Source of the DNA: Orbicella franksi
Taxonomy: Eukaryota
DNA: 64,000 nt
Direction of reading: 5' to 3'
NCBI GenBank assembly: GCA_964199315.1
Contig: OZ116709.1
Location: 2,046,001 to 2,110,000, forward strand
A model generated the notes under the pieces. The model was given only the letters and a program-made list of their open reading frames with translations. It was not told the DNA's origin and ran no database searches. Each line of letters opens with the position of its first letter. Within the stretch, counting starts at the first letter, position 1. This document shows positions 13,017-23,389 of this stretch, one piece after another. Position numbers and translations under genes: made by a program.

Positions 13017-13274
13017 TAGAGCAGTTTTCAAATGAGTGTTGTTAAGCCAACATCAAAGCCATCATTCTAGACAAGAGATAGTCAGACAATCCAATGAACC
13101 AATCAAAACACCAAGCAAATTTACTTAGCTGATGGGAAGTGCTGCAAAATGTGTGCAAATGAGTCATGATTGGTTTTGATTTTACTTTTGATTGGATGAC
13201 ACATTGTCAATTGCTTACAGTACAAAACCCAAACCAACGTGAATCATTTTCAACACTCCATTGAAAACCGCTCT
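13017..13274. mobile_element. Second MITE in the SELENOM 3' UTR
   Basis: TIRs TAGAGCAGTTTTCAA / TTGAAAACCGCTCT, plus an internal inverted pair CCAATCAAAA / TTTTGATTGG. Confidence 0.65.
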
Positions 13275-13415
13275 TTTGTTTATGAATTAATATATATTAT
13301 TGGTAGGTGGTAGATAGCTTTAACTTTACAGACGGTCACAGTAACAACACTTTTTAAATAGCTGTCGCACGCATTTGTATCGAGCTTTCAAATGAACCCT
13401 GATCTTAGAGATGTT

Positions 13416-13478
13416 CAAGAGACAATGATGCAGCTGTGGATAAATTTTACATTTCACTCCTGTTGAGAAACCCTCTTG
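13416..13478 (+). promoter_or_regulatory. SECIS element of SELENOM
   Basis: Helix I CAAGAG/CTCTTG; core ATGA (13425-13428) opposite TGAG (13464-13467); 11-bp helix II GCAGCTGTGGA/TTCACTCCTGT with two mismatches; apical AAA at 13442-13444. Folded by hand. Confidence 0.85.
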
Positions 13479-13694
13479 CTACTTTATGAGGATGAGTTCT
13501 GTCATGGAAGTTAGATCAAGTGCATTGTAACTGGGATATTAAAGTGTTCACAAATTTGGAAAACTTGAATGTAGTGTTGTTTTATTATAAAAGGTTTCTT
13601 TCCAGTGGCTACTCAGTAGAGGGAGAAGGCATAATAAATCCCTAACCTGTGGCGGATACAGGATTTGAGATAGGGGCTTGAGATATGACCCTCC

Positions 13695-13698
<4 letters not shown>

Positions 13699-13742
<44 letters not shown>

Positions 13743-13743
13743 G
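13699..13743. repeat. (GT)n microsatellite followed by a poly-G run, within a degenerate MITE (~13648-13912)
   Basis: Direct reading. Flanks GTGGCGGATACAG... and ...CTAGATCCCCCC resemble hAT-like MITE termini. Confidence 0.85.
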
Positions 13744-14698
13744 TGTCCAAAGGCAAAAAATTGAGGTCCTCAGAAATGGGATTCCCGCCATTCAGAAGCC
13801 AAGTCAGCGTATCAGAAAACATTTTAGTTTCATTTTAGTTTATCAATAGTTTTACTAATTTTAATTTAGGGGGTTCGACCAAACCTCGCAAACCTCTGCT
13901 AGATCCCCCCCGCCAACCTTGCACTTGTTCAAAATGCTTTTTTTGCTTGATTTATTGAGGGAGTGGATGAATATCACAAGTCTGTCATTGTGCTAGAATG
14001 GCAAACTCATGAACAGGAGGCTTATAACAGGAGAAGGGAAATCTTTCTTTGCGATGTCATTCTAAAAATAATTTGTGCGCCTTTAAGTTAGCAGGGTGGA
14101 GGGGTGGGGGGTGGTGGTGGTTTCTCAGAATTTCCTTAGATATGGGTGGAAATTGCAGCCATGCTTATTAGTTTTATTTCTAACTGTCCGATCTCCGGCC
14201 CATTTTGACGTTCTTCATGTTTTTTTCAGAGGACTTTTTTTTCTCATTTCTGCAAGAGGTTTATTAACGGGGTAGTTAGTACTAATTAATAATCCGAAGG
14301 AATTTTTGCGTTTCCAAAATGTTGTAGATGTATAACAGAATACCGAAAAAGATAGCGATATGAAACGCAAAACGAGTTCTTCAGCGGGTGGCGTCTTTAT
14401 AAAAGACCTTACAACTTGAGAAACATTGCATGGTCAAGACAGAGTTTTGCTCGAAATCTCTGTCTTGCGGGGAAGGCGGCTCAAACAGAACCCGGGAATA
14501 GAATTGAGGGGAATTCTTTCAAAGCTTCCAACATGCGAATCAGAAAAGGCCGCTGCATTTCTATTGGTCATCAGCTGAACTTCTCGCAGCTTTGACAGGT
14601 CGTGATTTGTCGTGACCACTCCCTGGTCGTGAACCAAGGCCAAGCCAAACTAGTCAACACGTTTGCGCTACACGGTGGTCTTGCCGGCGTTTGTAAAG

Positions 14699-15509
14699 AT
14701 GAGTTGCTACAATTGTCATCAGAATGGAGCGAAACGATGCAAAGGATGTTTGCGCGTAACCTATTGCTCTAGACAATGCCAGACTCAGCACTGGAGCAAA
14801 CACAGGCCGAACTGTATTTCCACACAGTCCTCACTGAACGCTTTGTTCGACGTCTGCCGTATGGACGTGTTTCCAGTTTCTTCCGTAAGATGCGACTATG
14901 GGTTTGACAATATGCAGTTATTCCGTGGAGATGTGATGACCCCTGAAGGTTTATCGGCGGAAACCATGTTGATGGGCCTTTATATCGAGTCATTTGGAAG
15001 GACATTGAAATGATGAATACGATGGCGGCGCCCACTACCCAGTGTTGAATTCAATTGGAGCATCAAAGGAGATGGAGGCACACGAAAAGAATGCGTTGGA
15101 TGAGTTCCTTCACAAATACATCAACAGCGTTTTGGCTCGGGTTGGAGACCGCGTTACTCCCCGTTACTGCATTGTTTGGCTGCAGAACAAACTGGTCATT
15201 GCCGGAATTGGTCTCACGCGACTGTTACTGAGTGAAGAAGTTAGCCTTACGGGCGCGCAAATAAAAAGAATGGTAAATGAAATTCATCAGAGGTTCTACG
15301 GCTTCGTCAATATTGAGTCTCCAAACATTGTTTTACAGTCTGTAAATAACATTGAACTGTTCCTGTTTTGTTTTTCAGGCAAGGTTATACTTGCAGACTG
15401 CATTTTGCACACCGCGGCATCTGTCCCTAGGGATGCACCCGCCGCGCCGACTAAACGCATGACGACTTTCCCACAGTACCGCTGGAAGTTATCTTTAGGT
15501 TTATATTAA
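14699..15509 (+). pseudogene. MYND zinc-finger protein gene, frameshifted (pseudogene or assembly indel)
   Basis: MSCYNCHQNGAKRCKGCLRVTYCSRQCQTQHWSKHRPNC is a complete MYND finger, followed by CDYGFDN...LMGLY. The frame stops at 15011-15013 and a protein-like +1 frame continues (NDEYDGGAHYPVLNSIGASKEM...NALDEFLHKYIN). Confidence 0.7.
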
Positions 15510-15533
15510 TTCCTGCACAGAATCTTCCCTTAA

Positions 15534-16175
15534 GGTCATTCCTCACATTTGCATTGCGCATCCTTACTGCGCATAATTTATGACGTCATTAGCGCGCGCT
15601 TGTGCACGCGCATATTGAAAACATGACGAATTTGCCTTGATATTGAGCTCTGTCAGTTGAAAAATGGCTCTAGCTCACCAACGAGCATGGGCACCCCAAT
15701 TTTTTTTCCAGTCGTTGTAATCAACTAATCATAAGCTTTGCGTGAGAAAAGACTGATCTAATTTCTATTGCTGAAAATTGAATAAATAAGAAAAATAGTA
15801 GATACACTGTGGGCTTTTCTATTTTGCAGTCGGTAACCACGTCAAGAAATTTGGTTCAAATTTTTAATCAACGATTTAGCTTTCTGTCTGAATCAAACTT
15901 AAACGTTTATTTGTGTCCGACACGACGTATTGACTGTAATTTAATGCGTGTTCTTATGAGTCCGGGCTTACAAAGATGTTACAATTACTGGGAATGCGTC
16001 CTTATAATAAGCATTAAATAATGCCAAAATGGGGCATTTTCAATGCCTCACTGCTCCTTAATGAGCATGGGCACCCCCCGTTTTTATTTCAAAATTGAAG
16101 TTATCATATGACAAATATTCAGTGGACAAAGTTTGAGCAAAAATCTATTGTCACTTTTATTTCAGAGGAATTACC
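15534..16175. mobile_element. Non-autonomous TTAA-flanked DNA transposon (Kolobok-like)
   Basis: TTAA|GGTCATTCCTC ... GAGGAATTACC|TTAA, with 10/11 TIR identity. GG termini plus a TTAA target fit Kolobok better than piggyBac. Confidence 0.75.
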
Positions 16176-17617
16176 TTAAATTCATGTTTGAATGTTCCCC
16201 TTTCTCTCCTGTTTCTCAAAGTTCAAACGATCTCTAAAACCTTTACACCGGGGATGACAGAACTACATGCAGTAGTATTCTCTCAGTGCTACAAACAGAA
16301 GTGACAAGGATGCATATCAAGCTTAGATGTGATAGGTTTTTGATGAGAAACTGTTGGGTAGGCTGCAGTTACTTGTTGTTTTTTAGGTGGTACTTTATAG
16401 TATAAAATCATGTCGAGATTTTTATGATTTGGATTTGAATGAGGTCTTTGGGGAGGGGAGAAGGGTATTTACCCCTTCAGGCCATCTCTCTTTCCAGGGT
16501 TCCCCCACCATGTTTTACCTCCAGGATCTATCCAAAGAAAACATGCTATTGCATGACTGGTTTCAACCTTTTGATCCACTCATTGCTTAAACAACAGATG
16601 CTATACTTGTATATGGTACTTCAATTTGCAGTGGAGGTCATATAAATTATTTAGAATATTTCCACATTCAATCGCACTTTTTTGACTTGCTACGCATGCA
16701 CTGCATTTAACTGGGTTCTTTTGGCAACAAAGAAAAAGCTGAGAATTGCTGGGTTCTTTGCATTGTTACCTTTTCTAACATACCTTTGTAATGAAAGACT
16801 AAAACCATCAATACACTGTGTTCAATTATGAAGAAAAATAGTAGATAGCGGGGGCATTAAGCAATGAAAACGATCCCTGTTATGACGCCATGTTTCTGTT
16901 TTGCAAACCTTGTGCATGCGGTGAATTGCGTCAGGAAGAGCATGCATGAAAACTGTGTTCGGCCACCTCAAGGTGCCTCCCTAGAGTATTTATGAACACC
17001 CACCCTATAAAGTGCAAGTTAGAAAAGGAAACTTAATTAATTTCTCTTAGAGTTTTCCCTGTAGAGATTTACCAGTATGGGTACTGTTAAAATAAGGCTT
17101 ATTTTTTGGTTGTCAATTTTTGGATTAAGGCCAGTACCATCGCAACATCTCATCTAATGACAGGCAGATATATTCCTCATTTCGGCCTAAACTCCTTAAT
17201 ATTTATACTTTCCTTCGGTGGAATTTTCTCATACTTTGCCACATCATGGAAATGATATTGCCTGACAATTTGAATTGGTAAAAAGTCAAGGCTGTTCAGA
17301 AGGTTTTTCCAATATTCTGTAATTTGTTATTCTTCTAAATATATGATTAGCTCTGACAGATTTTAACAAAAATAGGGTATTTTATAGGAATTGTATGTGG
17401 TTCAAACTGAGCCAAATGTGAAAAAAAAATCACCAAACGAGAGAAAATTTACTGTCAGTTTTGCTTTCTGTGCTCATGTTGATGTCATAAAAATCGAAAA
17501 ACACTGGTGTTTTCCTTTGAGTGCGCGCAGATCACTTGAGCCAGGGCGCTTTCTGCCCTGCCTGAGCTTTCGACTTGCGTGCGCGTACAATCGTAAAACT
17601 ATAGGGAGCCACCTTGA

Positions 17618-18592
17618 GGTGATTGCTCAGAATTGCATTGCGCATCCCTACTGTGCACAATTTTTGCGTCATTAAAGTGCACACATGAGCGCGTGCATAT
17701 ACACAACATACAAAATGGTGGCTTTTGCTAAACGGCTTGCCTTGTGAGTGACAAATCATCATTTTTCCTTGGAAACGAGTACTGGGACAAAACAACTTTT
17801 TTTAGTTCGAATGCAGCAATCACCTTTCTATACAGTGACTATAGACCAATTTCTATTGCACAGTTACAAAATATCACTGAAAATGAGAGCATAGCTAGTG
17901 TGCAGATAAGATAATATGCTCTCAAGAACACTGCATACCTGGACCATATTGAATCCCTGTTGGCTAAATATGGGTGCCTTTATCATGAAACGTGGGAGGT
18001 GCGGTGGCCTCATGGTTAGTGCGCTCGTCTCCGGATCGAGCGGTCCGGGTTCAAGCCCTGGCTGGGGACATTGTGTTGTGTTCTTGGGCAAGACACTTTA
18101 CTCTCTCAGTGCCTCTCTCCACCCAGGTGTATAAATGGGTACCGGCGAACTTAATGCTGGGGGTAACCCTGCGATGGACTAGCATCCCATCCAGGGGGGA
18201 GTAGAAATACTCCTAGTCGCTTCACACTACAGAAACCAGGATAAGCTCCGGCCTGATGGGCCACTTGGCTCGCATGCAGACTTTACCTTTTATCATGAAA
18301 CGCACATCAAATTGCTCCTAAACATTGATGCAGTACATCCATTTTTTTTTCTCCCTTAATTTACTCCTCTTTTTTCTGCTCTCACAAAGTGTAAAGTGAA
18401 TGGTTCGAATATAAACGTCTCTGAAAGCAGATAATTTAAGGAATCATGGGGTTTACTGAAGGTCCTCCCACTCCTAAATGAATACCGGAGCCCCCCTTTT
18501 TTATTTCAAGATTTAAGTTCTCTTGAAATAAGCAGCCAACCGGTAAAGTTTGAAAGAAAATCTATTGTCTGTTCTATTTTGATGGAATTACC
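17618..18592. mobile_element. Older copy of the same Kolobok-like family, interrupted by a SINE
   Basis: It shares TTGCATTGCGCATCC.TACTG at the left end and TTTTTATTTCAA...AAAATCTATTGTC...GGAATTACC at the right end with 15534-16175. Flanks have decayed to TTGA/ATAA. Confidence 0.65.
17993..18288 (+). mobile_element. Full-length tRNA-derived CORE-type SINE with 14-bp target-site duplication
   Basis: A box TGGCCTCATGG, B box GGTTCAAGCCC and MIR-like core TTCTTGGGCAAGACACTTTACTCTC. Direct repeat TTTATCATGAAACG at 17979-17992 and 18289-18302. Confidence 0.92.
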
Positions 18593-19881
18593 ATAAGTTA
18601 TGAGGGGAAATTGTACGCGGCCATTTAAGGCAGTTGATAAGCTTTACAACGACGACAGTCACTTGTTAGTTAACTATTACAGATACCCTTCCGATTCCAC
18701 TTGATCTTCAATTAGTCCACATTTTTATTTTTATGATCAACATTCACTCATGCATACCATTGCAACATGCATTGCTTTCATGGTGGCTAAACTGGAAAAC
18801 ATGTCGAAGCCAAATTTGTGTCGGAGAAGTACAAATGTTTTTGACCTGAAGCAAAAACATTTTCTTGTTTCTGAGTAGCAAAACTTGTCTCCACAACATG
18901 TTTCCCATGTGGCTAAACTGGATCATTGGCCTCTGCAATGATATTTCCTAGTTCAGCCAGGCCCTTAGAAAAAAATAACCAGATGGATGGAATTTTTAAA
19001 ATAAACAACCAAAATGAATTACAGCAAAATAAACAAAAAATAAACAGACATGAGCCAAAAAAAAAATCTATTTTTCTTCATCAAAAGAACACTTTGTCAA
19101 TTGTTCACCAGCACAAGCTCCCAGGGTAGTCTATCAAAAATCAGTGCCCTTTTGTGGCCAATCAGCTTAAAGGTGGCCAAATGGGCACGGAATCTCATTT
19201 TATTGTTAAGAACATAAAACATTATATTTTATGGCCAGGTGGAGATAGCAACAAACCATTTTGGCCTACGAGTATTTTTGAGGTCATAAACTATGGCTTC
19301 ATTCACTGCTCATCACTTTTAATTTGCAGTACTCCCTGGGATGGGATTGATGTTGACATGAACTTAAAAAGGAATGTGAACTCGAACAGATCAATTAAGT
19401 TAAATAATGAACACCATGTGACATCTGCAGAGAGATACAAGAACATTCTACTAGCAGTATTGTTACAGTGTAAGTTCTAAATTATACTCTTCCATGGTGC
19501 AATCTAATTTCACTAACAAGATTCAGGTGTTCCTCTGCTAAAACTTAAGTCTTATTCACTGTAACTCAAAGGTGGCATGTTTTATGTCAATTTTACATGC
19601 CATTTTGACTACAGTAAATTCTTGGGACATTGCAAACTTGGTATTAACACTAAAGGGAGTGTTTGTTGAAGGACGTTGTATGAGTATTACTGACATAAGA
19701 AACAACACAAGAAAGATGACAAACTCTGAAACCTGAGCATTGTATGAGTTGTAGCAGCAGTAGCAACAGCTGGTATGATACAGGGTGACCTGGGAAAGAG
19801 TTAAATGTGTCACAATTTACATTTGATTATTTCATATTTTCAAACACCCTGCTCTAATTTGGTGAGGTTTACTATTTCTTT

Positions 19882-21996
19882 TTAGGTTTCCTGCTTTAAT
19901 ATGTCTCTAAGTAATTCACATGATTCTCTTGCTACTTTGTCAATTTTTACTGGAGCTTGAAGATGCAAAAAGTGTTGGCAGAAATTTTCCAACCTTCTCA
20001 TGAGTGATTCCTGCCATTTTCCTTGTTCCCTTTTCTGTGTTACTTTGATACTCATGTAGTGACCAAAAGCCATTGAATTAATGAATCTTGAATCTCCAGA
20101 CTTCAAGGAACTGAAATATTTGTGCAGACTAGGGTCTGTGCTCATCAATAGAGGCAAATGGACAGGATTGCATATTTCAGTCAAAACAGCATATCTACAG
20201 ATATCCTTGACTTCCTCAAAGGAGACAAAGTTTAAAACTTCTTGAATGGAATTTATTTGTTGAAAACAAGCATCAAAGTTTCCATTCAGGTAATAAAACT
20301 GCATCAAGTGAACTGTACCAGAGAAGCCCCTATCATCAAATCCATCATCGTACACAACATATCTCCCTCTCTGGTAGTAACATTCAGCCTTGTCCTGCCA
20401 CATTTGTTTTTCTTTGTCAAGTTGTACCACCTGTGATGCTTGGTGGCAAACATTTCCACATGCTCTATACAAAATCTGCACAAAACAGTTTGCAGTTGGA
20501 GCTGGAAACATTGTAGGTGCATGGTCAATACAGAGCAATAATCCCTGTTCCAGCTTCCCCAAGGAAAATTGTGCTGGTAAACTTGCATAAAAAACAGGGT
20601 CAAGGAAGTTTTGTAAGTCATTCCTAATTTGCATCCGGTGCCAGTCACGTGATAACATGCTTCCTTCACAAAATGTAGATTCAACTGTTGTTAAAAAATG
20701 TTCTTCTTTAGCAGGGGACAGATTTCTTAATGCTTCAATCATTGTGTGAGAGATTGATTCTGATCTTCCAGCATCACTGTAATCTGTCATTTCTGGTAGT
20801 GACGACAATTTAGCCAGACAATTATGTTCTTCTAAAGCCACCTTACCAAGCTCTACCAGATGGATGAGCACTATATCCAGTTTTGACAGGATTCTGGTAT
20901 GAATGAGTTCTGCCACTTTGCTGCATGACTGAAATGGAAGATGCTGAATCATGTTATTCTCCAGAACAAAAAAGTTTGGCAGCAAATGGTTTCTCAAACA
21001 ATTACATAACCGAGATATCACCAAATGAATACAATCCAGCAAAGTACTTTCCTGCCAAAGGTACTCGGGCTCTTCTTCAATGGCAAAGAAAAAAACAGTT
21101 TTGATATAGTATGTACACAGTACCTCATCAACAACCTTGGATTCTTTCATGAGATGGGACAGGAGGAGCTTCAACATGTTGTAAGTATACAACTGCGTGG
21201 AGTTGATTAGCGAATGCATGATCATTTTTTCTGCTGAGGAAAATGAAAGCCTCCATTCCAGAGATTTGGTTAAACTGTTATGTTTACCAATGGGGACAAC
21301 ATGGCAACCAGCTCTGGCTAACTGTTGTAGGGCCTTTCCACGTGGCCATTTGGAATTTTTAAAGCGCACCTGTCTGACAAAATCTGGCCATTCTTGAGAG
21401 TAAAGAGCAAACACATCGTCTGTTTTCATGTGAATTTGTGACAAGGCAGGCCGTTGAATTGCTGGGCCTTTGTGACTTTCGGCATCGAGTGCTGCCGTCA
21501 ACTGATCAAACATTCTTCCCATGAACATTTCGCTGGAAATGTAGGCAGGCCCCTCAGAAATTTGAACTTTACAATGCTCATAGACTTCGTGTAACTCACC
21601 AGACTCACTGAAGAGGCGGTAAAATCCAGGATGGTCGAATGACTTGGCAGTAAGGAGGTGCACGTCACGCCCTTTCCTTTCCGCAACAGTCTGATTTTCA
21701 AACACCACTTGAAGACTTGGATCAACCCACATATTATCCATGTCACCAACTTTTTCAAAGTGACCCTCCGACACACTTCCTGTAGCGACGTACTTCCAAC
21801 CAAGCTGACCCAGACTTAAAGTATTGAACAATTCTTCCAACAATTGAAGAGAAGATAATCTGTGACCTCTGAAGACGTATCGGTATCTAAGAATAGAGCT
21901 TAAGAAAGAACTTACACTTGAAGAATAGGAACTATGTGTAATCCCAGTTTCAACTTCTGTCATCGGGCATTCCGTGGAAGAAATGTTCGTCATCAT
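19882..21996 (-). CDS. cGAS-like receptor / Mab-21-family nucleotidyltransferase with a C-terminal helical (TPR-like) extension; single coding exon
   Basis: Uninterrupted ORF with TGSVSEG...GDMDNM (G-S and DxD), KTDDVFAL (third acidic residue), WP...GCHVVPIG, EWRLSFSSAEK, YYIKTVFF and LPNFF..NNM. The start is taken as MMTNISS at 21996; an alternative ATG lies at 22083. Confidence 0.9.
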   Translation of the reverse strand: MMTNISSTECPMTEVETGITHSSYSSSVSSFLSSILRYRYVFRGHRLSSLQLLEELFNTLSLGQLGWKYVATGSVSEGHFEKVGDMDNMWVDPSLQVVFENQTVAERKGRDVHLLTAKSFDHPGFYRLFSESGELHEVYEHCKVQISEGPAYISSEMFMGRMFDQLTAALDAESHKGPAIQRPALSQIHMKTDDVFALYSQEWPDFVRQVRFKNSKWPRGKALQQLARAGCHVVPIGKHNSLTKSLEWRLSFSSAEKMIMHSLINSTQLYTYNMLKLLLSHLMKESKVVDEVLCTYYIKTVFFFAIEEEPEYLWQESTLLDCIHLVISRLCNCLRNHLLPNFFVLENNMIQHLPFQSCSKVAELIHTRILSKLDIVLIHLVELGKVALEEHNCLAKLSSLPEMTDYSDAGRSESISHTMIEALRNLSPAKEEHFLTTVESTFCEGSMLSRDWHRMQIRNDLQNFLDPVFYASLPAQFSLGKLEQGLLLCIDHAPTMFPAPTANCFVQILYRACGNVCHQASQVVQLDKEKQMWQDKAECYYQRGRYVVYDDGFDDRGFSGTVHLMQFYYLNGNFDACFQQINSIQEVLNFVSFEEVKDICRYAVLTEICNPVHLPLLMSTDPSLHKYFSSLKSGDSRFINSMAFGHYMSIKVTQKREQGKWQESLMRRLENFCQHFLHLQAPVKIDKVARESCELLRDILKQET

Positions 21997-22548
21997 TAAA
22001 GACGTTACTAGTAACGTGTATGAAAACTTCGAAAGAGCGACCACCGAAAGACGTTTATGTACTTCATGTATCGATATCGACATGTGCTCCAGCCCAGTTT
22101 CCCTCGTCCCGCAGTGTAACAGCAATAAAACAGGCGCGTGACCTTTGTGGTGGTCGGGGCTTTAGCAACTGGGAGCTAGTCATATCAATCCGTGAAGGAA
22201 AATATGCGATAAATCATATATTGAATTACCACTGCGCGTGCCTGATTCCCTGTCTAGCGCCTGTCACTCAGGCTTACAATTCCTGTCCTAGAGGATTGAT
22301 AGTTCTCTTCATTATCTGGCAACAGATTGCTAAAATGGAAATATAGATTGTAACTTGCAAACCTTGGCCAATTTTCTGAAGTTTATATTTCCATTTATAA
22401 CCTGATGGTCTGTTGTTACTTCGACCAACCACTCGATACGGCTTTCTTCCTGGTACTCCAGGCACAGTTTCCCGAGCAACGACGGTGCTGTGTCAATCAT
22501 TCCGTGCAGATTTGAGGGAAACAACATTTTCACAATAATCCTCTTTAA

Positions 22549-23105
22549 TAATCACAATAATCTTTAATAATTTCACAATAATCCTCTATATATGTGATCT
22601 GTGTGATGCAGAATACGTCGGTTACACTAGCCGTCATCTTTACAAGCGCATTGAGGAACACCGATTTACCGCCATCGGAAAACACCTTCAAAATGAACAC
22701 CGAGTTGATACAGTTGGTGACCTGACTAACAACTTTAAGATCCTAAAGAAATGTCAGGGAAAGTTCGATTGCTTGATCCACGAAATGTTGTGGATTCGCA
22801 AGAAGAAACCGAGCCTTAACACACAGTCAGACTCCATTCGCGCAAAAGTATTTGTTTAGGCTTTGAACAGACACTGAACTTATTACCAGTGTTTGACACC
22901 TCATTGGAATGAACATGAACATTGAACAGCTATCTTAATCTTAATTTATTCAATTTCGCACCTCTACCATTGGTATAAATTAGTTTACTTTTCGCACAAA
23001 TATTTTTTAACTTGAAAATGGTGCCAGGATGACACCGAAACGTCGTTGCTCAGTTTTTTCGCTAATCTTTATTGTTAACTGTATTTCCAAATTTAATCTT
23101 ATAAG
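22549..23105 (+). mobile_element. 5'-truncated Penelope-like element (GIY-YIG C-terminus plus 3' UTR) with a 12-bp flanking duplication
   Basis: Open frame 22590-22859: ICDLCDAEYVGYTSRHLYKRIEEH...FKILKKCQGKFDCLIHEMLWIRKKKPSLNTQSDSIRAKVFV*. AATCCTCTTTAA occurs at 22537-22548 and 23106-23117. Confidence 0.88.
23008..23048 (+). ncRNA. Candidate minimal type-I hammerhead ribozyme in the Penelope 3' UTR
   Basis: TAAC-TTGAAAA-T-GGTG(ccaggatga)CACC-GAAA-C-GTC-GTTG. The core has U3/A8 covariation, a 4-bp helix II, a palindromic ACGT helix III and a 4-bp helix I. Confidence 0.55.
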
Positions 23106-23140
23106 AATCCTCTTTAAGACATCGATTTTACTGGCCAGAA

Positions 23141-23389
23141 CAGGCCATTAGAAAAATTTCTTCTTCACACAAGGAAAAAAAGGCTAGAAAAAAAATTCGA
23201 GCAAAGAAGGCAAAGAAAAAAAATACAAGCAGAAGAAAAGTCGTATGGAAGTCGTTAAAAAATAAACAAATAAGTAAATTTGTTGAAGAGGGTCTCACTT
23301 GCAAAAACCATTCGGCACAACAAATGGGTGAAAAAAAATCGCTTAAGCTGAATTTTTAATCTCCTATCATTTTCTAATGGTCCGTCCCT
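23141..23389. mobile_element. MITE
   Basis: TIRs GGCCATTAGAAAA / TTTTCTAATGGTCC with an A-rich interior. Confidence 0.6.

Noticed and set aside
16387-16590. Exon-like ORF VVLYSIKSCRDFYDLD...FDPLIA*
   Set aside because: It has a plausible acceptor, but I found no phase-compatible donor from the MYND gene and no recognisable motif.
17993-18065. tRNA-like sequence with A and B boxes
   Set aside because: It is the head of a SINE: it continues into a CORE domain, is flanked by a TSD, and does not form a full cloverleaf.
17864-18204. ORFs 17864-18091, 17916-18134 and 17992-18204
   Set aside because: They are translations of the SINE on either strand.
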